A DNA stretch of 64,000 nt from a virus, in the IMG/VR virus record IMGVR_UViG_3300010224_000010; one strand, written 5' to 3'. The position numbers were made by a program, and so were the translations under genes. Position 1 is the stretch's first letter. Each line of letters begins with the position of its first letter. Positions 16,388 through 23,712 of the stretch are shown here, piece by piece. The notes beneath the pieces were generated by a model. It did no database searches, was not told the DNA's origin, and saw only the letters and a list, made by a program, of their open reading frames with translations.

Positions 16388-17983
16388 ATGGCCATCGACG
16401 CACTCGGTATCCCCACCCGCGCCATCATCTACTGCCGCATCAGCCGCGACCGCGAGGGCGCCGGCCTCGGCGTCGAACGCCAACGCGAGGACTGCGAAGC
16501 CCTCGCCGCGCAGATCGGCGTCGAGGTCGTCGAGGTGTACTCCGACAACGACCTGAGCGCCTACTCCGGCAAGCCGCGCCCCGGATACCAGCGACTCCTC
16601 GCCGACCTGCGAGCGGGCCGTGCAGACACCGTCCTGGCCTGGCACACCGACCGCCTGCACCGCTCCCCGGCCGAGCTGGAGGAGTACATCGACGTCTGCG
16701 AGCCCCGCGCCATCCAGACGCGCACCGTCAAGGCCGGCCATCTCGACCTCACCACAGCCACCGGCCGCATGATCGCCCGGCAACTCGGCGTGCAGGCCCG
16801 CTACGAAGTCGAGCGGATGATCGAACGACAGCGGCGCACCCGGGACCAGATGGCCGAGCAGGGCAAGCACTTCGGCGGGCGGCGCCCCTTCGGCTACGAG
16901 GAGGACCGCATCACCCCCCGCGCTCTGTGGTGCCCGTCCTGCGGCGCGGAGGACGGCTTCAGCATCGTGCAGCGCTGCTCGACATGCTCGCAGGCCGGGC
17001 CGTTCGTCCCGGGCCGCATGTGCGGCTCCTGTGACGCCCGCGAAGGGGTAGCCGTGGTGTCCCTGTGCGCGTGCGGCGCCGACGCTGATGTCGTCGAGGG
17101 CTCCGAGGCGTGGCATGTGCGCTGGGCGGCGGACGCGATCCTCGCCGGGGCATCGCTGAACTCGATCGCCACCACCTGGAACGAGAAGAACGTGCCCACC
17201 AGCACCGGCGCGAAATGGGCGGGCCCCGAGGTGCGCAGCATGATGGTGCGGCCCCGCAACGCGGGCATCATCCGACACCGCGGCCAGGAGGCCGGCCCCG
17301 CCCGATGGCCCGCGCTGCTCGATGAGCCGCTGTGGCGCAGTGTCGTGGCCGTGCTGTCGGATCCCTCGCGGCGGACTTCGCCGGGCAACGAGCGGAAGTA
17401 CCTCGGTACCGGGATCTACGAGTGCGGGCTGTGTCCCCAGCCCAACTCGGTCCGAACCATCACGAGCAACCGGCAGGGGGCCAGGCACGAGCTGGCATAC
17501 GGATGCCGGGTCAGCAAGCACGTGGTCCGCAAGGCCGAACCAGTCGACGCGTATGTCCAGACGCTGGTCCTGGACCGGCTGTCGCGAGCCGACGTCGCCG
17601 AGCTGCTCGCTGCCCGGGAAGACCCCGTCGACGTGCGTGGCGCCCAGCGGGATATGCGAGAGGCTCGGGAGACGCTCGACATGCTGGCCGAGCAGTTGGG
17701 CGCGGGGGATATGGATGTCCAGGAGTGGCGGGTGGCCCGGAAGTCGGCGCGTGAGCGGCTGGAGAAGGCAGAGCACATTCTGGCGCGCGCAGTCGAGGTG
17801 AACCCGGTGGCCGGCCTGATCGGCGCCGACGACGTGGATGCCGAGTGGGAGCGGCTGGACCTGTCCCGGAAGCGCGCGGTGGTCTCGTACCTGATGTCCG
17901 TGAGGCTGCTTCCCGCGCGCCGCGGGCGGATCCCTGGCGGGGGGTACTTCGATGCCGACAGCGTGGAAGTCACCTGGAAGTGA
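16388..17983 (+). CDS. int: large serine recombinase (phage integrase)
   Basis: Resolvase catalytic domain (IIYCRISRD, catalytic Ser), recombinase domain, zinc-ribbon YECGLCPQ...YGC and C-terminal coiled coil. Extra 4x CxxC insertion at aa ~173-241. Confidence 0.9.
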   Translation: MAIDALGIPTRAIIYCRISRDREGAGLGVERQREDCEALAAQIGVEVVEVYSDNDLSAYSGKPRPGYQRLLADLRAGRADTVLAWHTDRLHRSPAELEEYIDVCEPRAIQTRTVKAGHLDLTTATGRMIARQLGVQARYEVERMIERQRRTRDQMAEQGKHFGGRRPFGYEEDRITPRALWCPSCGAEDGFSIVQRCSTCSQAGPFVPGRMCGSCDAREGVAVVSLCACGADADVVEGSEAWHVRWAADAILAGASLNSIATTWNEKNVPTSTGAKWAGPEVRSMMVRPRNAGIIRHRGQEAGPARWPALLDEPLWRSVVAVLSDPSRRTSPGNERKYLGTGIYECGLCPQPNSVRTITSNRQGARHELAYGCRVSKHVVRKAEPVDAYVQTLVLDRLSRADVAELLAAREDPVDVRGAQRDMREARETLDMLAEQLGAGDMDVQEWRVARKSARERLEKAEHILARAVEVNPVAGLIGADDVDAEWERLDLSRKRAVVSYLMSVRLLPARRGRIPGGGYFDADSVEVTWK

Positions 17984-18019
17984 GGCGCCCCCCAGCGGGG
18001 GTCCCGGCTGGGGGGCGCC
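17984..18019 (+). terminator. hairpin terminator after int
   Basis: 13-bp perfect stem GGCGCCCCCCAGC/GCTGGGGGGCGCC starting 1 nt after the stop. Confidence 0.65.
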
Positions 18020-18122
18020 GTCGACCGGGCTGCCGCAGCCTGGGGGGCGAGCGGCGGCCCGGCCGGACCGTGGAGGGCGCGTCACACCCTTTGCCGACCG
18101 TTGACGTTCGGCAAGGTTTTCT

Positions 18123-18155
18123 GGAGACCGTCACCCATGTGGGTGATGGATCTCC
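18123..18155. other. candidate attP core (imperfect inverted repeat around a TG dinucleotide)
   Basis: GGAGACCGTCACCCA-TG-TGGGTGATGGATCTCC, 140 nt downstream of int. A second palindrome TTGCCGA..TCGGCAA lies at 18090-18113. Confidence 0.3.
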
Positions 18156-18235
18156 GCGAGATGGTCACAAACCGTGCCTGATGATCTTCAAATGTACGGT
18201 CGACGATACAGACACCCGTTCTTGATCAGTCCAGC

Positions 18236-18487
18236 GTGGTGCGAGTGCCGTCCGCCCCGCCCGACTGGGTTCTCGCTCGCCGCCGGGAACTCGGTGACCA
18301 CCTCCGCGACGCCCGCCGGGGCAAGCGCCTGTCCCAAGAGCAGGTTGCCGAGCTGGCCGGTCTCGACCGCCAGGCCGTGAATCGGATTGAGCAGGGCCAC
18401 CAGAGTCCTCTCGTCGACAATCTGATCCGGATCGCGGCGGTGCTGGACCTTGAGGTGGTACTCGCCGATCCCGTTCCTGAGGAGTGA
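18236..18487 (+). CDS. XRE-family HTH regulator (83 aa)
   Basis: LSQEQVAELAGLDRQAVNRIEQG helix-turn-helix. GTG start. Confidence 0.65.
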   Translation: MVRVPSAPPDWVLARRRELGDHLRDARRGKRLSQEQVAELAGLDRQAVNRIEQGHQSPLVDNLIRIAAVLDLEVVLADPVPEE

Positions 18488-18557
18488 CCCGCCGCCGGTG
18501 CCCTGTCCCGTTGCAGCACCAGCGGCGGGCCGTGACCGCCACGTGGGGGACGTGGCG
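18487..18557. terminator. two hairpins between convergent genes
   Basis: CCCGCCGCCGGTGC/GCACCAGCGGCGGG (1 mismatch) and CCGCCACGT-GGGGG-ACGTGGCGG. Confidence 0.5.
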
Positions 18558-18561
18558 GCCG

Positions 18562-18729
18562 TCATCCCTCCCGTGCCGGTTCCGGCCAGGACACGGGAGA
18601 GGTCAAGGGGTCCGGATGGCACAGAGTCCGGTGGACGTGCAGTGTTATCCCGGGGCCGGTCGGCCGGTCAACGTCCACGGCCTCGGCGTCTTTCTCCTTG
18701 AGCGGTCGGCCGCAGCGGGCGCAGAACAT
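18562..18729 (-). CDS. small CxxC protein (55 aa)
   Basis: MFCARCGRPLKEKD...HVHRTLCH. ATG overlaps the stop of the upstream Cys-rich gene (TGATG). Confidence 0.45.
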   Translation of the reverse strand: MFCARCGRPLKEKDAEAVDVDRPTGPGITLHVHRTLCHPDPLTSPVSWPEPAREG

Positions 18730-19553
18730 CAGCTGGCCCCCTTGCCGCAGCACGGGCAGGGCTGCCCGGCCGGTCCGTGGGCAGTTCCAGTGCAGCCGTG
18801 GTCACCGCCGAAGGTCCGGGCGGTCATGCATGGCTCGCACGGCAGGGCGCCTTTCGACAGGCGCTTGAGGAGTCCTGAGTACCGGTTGCCGTCGCGGACG
18901 AGGCGCCACAGGGCGCGGCCGGTCTCGCACTGCTCGCCGTCGTCGACGCACTGCTCGCACGTCGGTGCGTGCTGGTGCAGGGCGCGGAAGGCCGCCATCC
19001 CCGTCGAGGTCTTGCAGCCGCGGGGGAACCAGTTGTAGGCCCCGTCCAACCGGCCCTTGCGTCGGGGGCCGAGGTCGACGGCGGTCTCGGCGGTGAGGAT
19101 GACGCCGCACCAGACGCAGGCCTTCCCGCGGACCTGGCTTTCGGACAGTCCGTCGAGGGCCGGGAGCGCGAGCAGAGCGAGCGCCTCACGACCGCCGTTG
19201 CTGTCCTCCAGGGCGGCCTGCAAGGCGCGGGGATCGGTGATCCATCCGTCGGTGCCGGGGCAGACACGCCAGTGCGGGCCGCCGCCGTCCGTGAGCCGGG
19301 CCGGAGGGATCGCCACAGACGCGCCCTTCCCGAGTGCGCGTGTGCCGGCCACATCCCAATGGGCGGCGGTTCCGACGGGAGTGAAGAAGTAAGTCAGCGC
19401 GGTGAGGGGGTCGTCGACGACGGCTCCGCAGCGTGAGCCGAGGATCGCGACGGCCGATGCTCCGATGATGCGCGGTACGCGGATGGCGTCCCAGGTGTGC
19501 CCAGCGTCTTCGAGCGTGCAGCCTGCGGCGGACGGTAAACGCGTGGTTGGCAT
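18729..19553 (-). CDS. Cys-rich hypothetical protein (Streptomyces-type N-terminal domain + multi-CxxC C-terminus)
   Basis: ATG 19553 has a GAGGAG RBS. N-terminus WDAIRVP...YFFTPVGTAAHWDV. C-terminus CVWCG, CEQCVDDGEQC, CEPC, CPCCG. Confidence 0.6.
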   Translation of the reverse strand: MPTTRLPSAAGCTLEDAGHTWDAIRVPRIIGASAVAILGSRCGAVVDDPLTALTYFFTPVGTAAHWDVAGTRALGKGASVAIPPARLTDGGGPHWRVCPGTDGWITDPRALQAALEDSNGGREALALLALPALDGLSESQVRGKACVWCGVILTAETAVDLGPRRKGRLDGAYNWFPRGCKTSTGMAAFRALHQHAPTCEQCVDDGEQCETGRALWRLVRDGNRYSGLLKRLSKGALPCEPCMTARTFGGDHGCTGTAHGPAGQPCPCCGKGAS

Positions 19554-19739
19554 CGGTGCTCCTCGGCCTGGTAGTTCAGGTGCGTACAAGGGTGTCGACG
19601 CAAACGGCAGATTCCGAGGACTTCAATGCGCCTTTCTCGTGCCGGAAAGAGGACTTTCTGTGCTGCGGACGGGTGATGACTGGCCTTCAGTACGACGTGC
19701 GGCGACACTGGCCGCAGCGTTCGATACGGAGGTGCAGCA

Positions 19740-20966
19740 GTGGCACGGCGCTCAGGCAACACCCGACTTAAGGCGGCTTCGGTCGCGGCCGGTTACTCCA
19801 CGAACGAGGCGCTGGCTGAAGCCATTGGGGTGGGGACTCGGCAGGTGAGTCGGTGGATGTCGGACACTCCGCCGTGGCCTCAGCCCCGGGTGGGCCAGGT
19901 TATCGAGCGGGTCCTCGGCCAGCCCCTGGAAGCGCTGGGATTCACGCTGCCCGGCGGAGCGGCGGCGGATCGCGGGCGCCGCACTGTGCTTCCCGCGTCG
20001 GCCGCGACCGGCGGTCTCGCGGCCGTCCCCACGCAGACCATTGCTGTGCAACCCGCTTCCGTCGCAACCGATTACGGGGCCGTGACGCGTGCGCATCGAC
20101 GGCTCTACTGGTCTGTGGCTCCGGCCACGCTGCATCCGGCCGCGCTCTCTCACGCCACTCTGGGGTGTGCTCTGTTGCCGGAGACTGCTGGCCAGACAAG
20201 GCAGCGCGTGGCAGCGGCCCTCGCCGAGACGTGGCTGCTCGCCGGGCGTATCGAGTTCTTCGACATGCGTGACGCCGAACGCGCGCAGCAGACGCTGCTC
20301 CGTGCGCTGCAGGCCGCGGGCGAGGCCGATGACCCGCTGATCGGCGCCGCGGTCCTCGCGCACACGGCGTTCATCCCCGGGTGGGCCGGTGACCGTGACG
20401 GGGCCGTTGAGCGGATGGTGGCCGCGCGGACGTACGCCCGGCGCGGCCCGGCGTCGGCCGAGCTGCTGGCGTGGCTCGACGCGGTCGAGGCGGAGTGCGA
20501 GACCCGGTGCGGCAACACCAGGACGGCGCTGCACTTGATCCGGCACGCGGAGGATGTCCTCGCCGCGGGCAGCGAGCACGCGAGTCCCGAGTGGCTCGAC
20601 TGGTTCACCCCGGTACGGCTGCGCGCGTTCAAGGGCAACACGGAATTGCGGGCCCGCCACCTTCCGCAAGCCCGCGAGACTCTGCTCGGCGTCCTCGAAG
20701 CGCTCGACCCGGCCGAGGAGAAGCAGCGGACCGTCATCCTCGGCGACCTGGCGGCTGTCGAGGCGGCGACCGGTGACCCGGAAGCAGCGTGCGGGTACGC
20801 GCTGCGGGCGCTCGATCAGCTGGAGCGCACGTGGTACGCGATGGGCATGGACCGGGTGCGGGAGGTGCGGCGCACGCTGGCGCCGCACCAGCACGAGCAG
20901 TGCGTGCGTGACCTCGACGACCGGCTGTATGGCTGGTCGACGACGGTGAGCGCACTCAGCCGGTGA
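19740..20966 (+). CDS. WhiJ-like XRE-family HTH regulator with TPR-like C-terminal domain
   Basis: N-terminal HTH STNEALAEAIGVGTRQVSRWMS, then a ~300-aa Ala/Leu-rich helical repeat domain. GGAGG RBS before the GTG. Confidence 0.65.
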   Translation: MARRSGNTRLKAASVAAGYSTNEALAEAIGVGTRQVSRWMSDTPPWPQPRVGQVIERVLGQPLEALGFTLPGGAAADRGRRTVLPASAATGGLAAVPTQTIAVQPASVATDYGAVTRAHRRLYWSVAPATLHPAALSHATLGCALLPETAGQTRQRVAAALAETWLLAGRIEFFDMRDAERAQQTLLRALQAAGEADDPLIGAAVLAHTAFIPGWAGDRDGAVERMVAARTYARRGPASAELLAWLDAVEAECETRCGNTRTALHLIRHAEDVLAAGSEHASPEWLDWFTPVRLRAFKGNTELRARHLPQARETLLGVLEALDPAEEKQRTVILGDLAAVEAATGDPEAACGYALRALDQLERTWYAMGMDRVREVRRTLAPHQHEQCVRDLDDRLYGWSTTVSALSR

Positions 20967-21609
20967 ACTCGGCGATCAGGCCGGGCAGTTCCAGGAGGCT
21001 CTCGACTCGGAAGGTCGGGAGCTTCTCTGCTTCCTCGGTCCGCCACTGGATGGTCGCCCACGGGCCGCGGTGCACGAGCGCGCTGTGCATGCCCGCGGCG
21101 GCGGCCGGGCGGAGGTCGTTGTCGACGCGGTCGCCGACGTAGAGGATCTCGTCGTTGGCGAACGGGGTGACCTCGGCGACCCGGTGGAAGAACTCGGGGT
21201 CCGGCTTGCTGGCGCCCCAGTCGTCCGAGGTGCCGATCAGGTCGACGTCGTCGGTGAACAGTTCGCGGAGGATCGTCCCTGCCCGGACCGTCTGGTTGCC
21301 CGCGATCCCGAGCCACAGGCCGTCCGCCCGGAGCTGGTGCAGGGCGGGCCGCACGTCGGCGTAAAGGTCCTCCTCGCCGAAGTGCTCCGGCTGTCCGGCG
21401 GCCGCGCGCTTCTCGCGCTCCTCGTAGAGGTCGAAGCCGGGCCGGAACTCCTGGAACGTCTCGCGGTAGTCCCGCCCTTGGGCGATGACCGCGCCGAACA
21501 TCGCGTGGAACGTGTGCCTAGGGATCTGGAGCCAGTCGGCCCACGTGCCGTACTCACGCGTTTCGTCTACGAGGCACTCACCAACGTCGAAGATCACAGC
21601 TCGAATCAT
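20956..21609 (-). CDS. HAD-superfamily hydrolase
   Basis: Motif I VIFDVGECL, motif III K at SKPDPEFF, motif IV YVGDRVDND. Confidence 0.75.
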   Translation of the reverse strand: MIRAVIFDVGECLVDETREYGTWADWLQIPRHTFHAMFGAVIAQGRDYRETFQEFRPGFDLYEEREKRAAAGQPEHFGEEDLYADVRPALHQLRADGLWLGIAGNQTVRAGTILRELFTDDVDLIGTSDDWGASKPDPEFFHRVAEVTPFANDEILYVGDRVDNDLRPAAAAGMHSALVHRGPWATIQWRTEEAEKLPTFRVESLLELPGLIAEFTG

Positions 21610-21702
21610 GCGGGCAGGGTATCGGGCGCCCTCTGGGGTGAGGACTCTGGATAGGGGGAGCTGGCGTGAGTGTGCGGGGCGCTTCGTCGATACGATGGGA
21701 GC

Positions 21703-21882
21703 ATGTCCCCCGACCCGAAAAGCCCTGGTTCTGTGCGCTCGGTGGCCGACATCAACGACGACATCCGCGACCTCTGGCAGCGTGCCGGCGGCGTGCTCAC
21801 GCCCGGGCAGCGGGAGGAGTACGGGCGGCTCCTCGGCGAGTACGCGGCCGCTGTCGCCGCGCGCATCGTGAAAGCCGCCTGA
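21703..21882 (+). CDS. hypothetical small protein
   Basis: ATG 21703 with GGGAG RBS and TACGAT -10-like hexamer close upstream. Confidence 0.4.
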   Translation: MSPDPKSPGSVRSVADINDDIRDLWQRAGGVLTPGQREEYGRLLGEYAAAVAARIVKAA

Positions 21883-21903
21883 CCGCCGGCCCAGCCCCCA
21901 CGC

Positions 21904-22563
21904 CTACGCGTACTGCATCCGCCGAGGATCCAACGCCGCGGCCTGAGGCGTCTCGCCGCCGTTCCCGGACCCGTCGTCTTCCGGCGAATCCTTCATGCAC
22001 ACCAGTGCATCCGGATCCCACGCCGGAGCCTGCAAGCCGTATCCCTCCGGACACGTCGGGCCGGGTGGGCCCATCGGCCCCTGCTCCCCAGTAGCGCCAG
22101 TCTCGCCCCGCTCACCCTGAGGACCAGTAGGGCCTACCGGGCCGGGCACCGTTGAGTCCGCGCCCGGCGGCCCGGACGGTCCCGGCACTGTTGAATCGGA
22201 GCCCGGCCGTCCCGGCGCACCCGAAGCGCCGGACGCGCCCGGCGACGGAGTCAGCGTGGGGGCAGGCTTCCCCGACTCGCCAGGATCGCCCTTCTCGCCC
22301 TTCTCGCCCGAAGGTCCTGTCACGCTCGCCCCGGGCTCGCCCCGACTGCCTGCGGGGCCGGCCACCGGTGTCGCACCAAGTCCCTCTACCTGGCGAGCCA
22401 GCGCGTCCCGGGCTGCCCGCTCGTCTCGCAACTCCCGGGCCTGGTCCACCACCAGGACAGCGAGCCCGGCGAGCAGGCAGAGGGCCAACATGCCTGTGAC
22501 AGCGCCGAGCCATTCCGCTCGGGGCACTGGCAGGCGGCGCTTCTTCCTGTGCGTGGTCTTCAC
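21904..22563 (-). CDS. membrane-anchored collagen-like (G-X-Y repeat) protein
   Basis: Basic N-terminus, TM helix LGAVTGMLALCLLAGLAVLVV, then GPAGSRGEPG..GEKGEKGDPGESG..GPTGPQGERGETGATGEQGPMGPPGP. GTGA overlap with the upstream gene. Confidence 0.75.
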   Translation of the reverse strand: MKTTHRKKRRLPVPRAEWLGAVTGMLALCLLAGLAVLVVDQARELRDERAARDALARQVEGLGATPVAGPAGSRGEPGASVTGPSGEKGEKGDPGESGKPAPTLTPSPGASGASGAPGRPGSDSTVPGPSGPPGADSTVPGPVGPTGPQGERGETGATGEQGPMGPPGPTCPEGYGLQAPAWDPDALVCMKDSPEDDGSGNGGETPQAAALDPRRMQYA

Positions 22564-22910
22564 TTCGCCACCACCGCCCAGATCGCGATCGCCGCGGAGA
22601 GCAGTCCCATCAGGACTGGCACGATCATCTGGTAGAGGCGTGCCTGACGTTCCCTCTCCCGCCGGTCCCGCTCGTCGCGCTGGTACTTCTCGAACTCGTT
22701 CTCCAGCGCCTCATTCGCGTCCTTGGCTTTCTGGAGCTCCTGGCTGAGGCCGTTGATCCGCTGGTCCGTGTACGCGGACTGAAGGGCGTACACCTCCGTT
22801 GAGACGACCTTGTCGAGGCGGGAGTTGATGCCCTGGCCCATGACGCGGACCTCTTCGCGGAGGGCGTCCACGGTGCGTCCGAGTTCGCCTACGGAAAGGT
22901 CTTCCGGCAC
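22560..22910 (-). CDS. tail-anchored coiled-coil membrane protein
   Basis: Long heptad region, charged RDERDRRERERQ stretch, C-terminal TM IVPVLMGLLSAAIAIWAVV. Confidence 0.65.
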   Translation of the reverse strand: MPEDLSVGELGRTVDALREEVRVMGQGINSRLDKVVSTEVYALQSAYTDQRINGLSQELQKAKDANEALENEFEKYQRDERDRRERERQARLYQMIVPVLMGLLSAAIAIWAVVAK

Positions 22911-23051
22911 ACGTCACCACCTGTCGAGGCCCTCATGGTCTGTCGGCAGTCTGGCACCCGTAGGCGGGTATCGCGTTCCGGCGGCTGTCGTCACACCCGC
23001 AACACTGCATAATGTTTTTCAGTCGACCGGTCCAGTGAATGCGAGTTCGTC

Positions 23052-23306
23052 ATGTCGCAGACCAGCACCCCGCGCCGCCTGGGGCGTCCCAGAGATCCAC
23101 AAGTTGAAGCCCGGGACAACCAGATCTACGAGCTCATCGCCCAGGGCACAGACTCTCGCAGCGCGCTCGCCACTGCCACAGGCCACCACCGTGACGCCGT
23201 GTACCTATCGTGCAAGCGGCTCCAGGCAGCGGGCCGTATCCGCCAGTGCCTCGGCTCGAACGGCGCCGTGGTCTGGTCTGTCGCTGACGGCGTCCCCTGC
23301 CCGTAG
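23052..23306 (+). CDS. winged-helix DNA-binding protein
   Basis: 84 aa (IYELIAQGTDSRSALATATGHHRDAVYLSCKRLQAAGRI), opposite strand to the late genes. CATAAT -10-like element upstream. Confidence 0.5.
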   Translation: MSQTSTPRRLGRPRDPQVEARDNQIYELIAQGTDSRSALATATGHHRDAVYLSCKRLQAAGRIRQCLGSNGAVVWSVADGVPCP

Positions 23307-23319
23307 AAGGGGGCTACTC

Positions 23320-23712
23320 GTGAGCATCGTCGAGTACTTCTCCGCAGACGACGTCGCCTGGCAGAACAACGCGCCCTGCGCCGCCGCCGACTTCGACTTC
23401 ATCCCCGACGTCGAGACCGACGGCGAAGCAGCCGAAGCCGAAGAGCGCTGGTGCCGCACCTGCCCGGCCCGCGCCCGCTGCCTGGCCTGGGCCATGCTCC
23501 ACCGTGCCGAAGGCTACTGGGCCGGAACGACGACCTATCAGCGCGACCAGCTGCGGCGGGTGCGCACGCGCGCAAAGTGCCCGCTGTGCCAGTGCGTCGA
23601 CCTCGTGTACGCGGACCCGCACGAGCTGTGTCTCGCCTGCGGGGTGTCGTGGATCCGCGACGTGCGGGAGGAGCCGATCGCAGCTACACCGCTACCGCAG
23701 CCCGTGGCGTAG
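23320..23712 (+). CDS. WhiB-like protein with C-terminal zinc-ribbon extension
   Basis: GTG 23320 after GAAGGGGG. APCAAAD...WCRTCPARARCLAWA Wbl Cys pattern, GYWAG turn, then CPLCQC...CLAC. Confidence 0.7.
   Translation: MSIVEYFSADDVAWQNNAPCAAADFDFIPDVETDGEAAEAEERWCRTCPARARCLAWAMLHRAEGYWAGTTTYQRDQLRRVRTRAKCPLCQCVDLVYADPHELCLACGVSWIRDVREEPIAATPLPQPVA

Noticed and set aside
21904-22563. Collagen-like protein as a tail fibre.
   Set aside because: It has an N-terminal basic stretch plus a TM helix. It lies outside the tail block, beyond the lysis cassette and two plus-strand regulators, so a membrane/envelope role fits better.
22810-23712. 300-aa plus-strand ORF spanning the wHTH and WhiB-like genes.
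   Set aside because: The N-terminal two-thirds is Ser/Arg/Pro-rich and out of frame with the well-formed 84-aa wHTH gene. A GTG with a good RBS at 23320 starts the Wbl domain cleanly.
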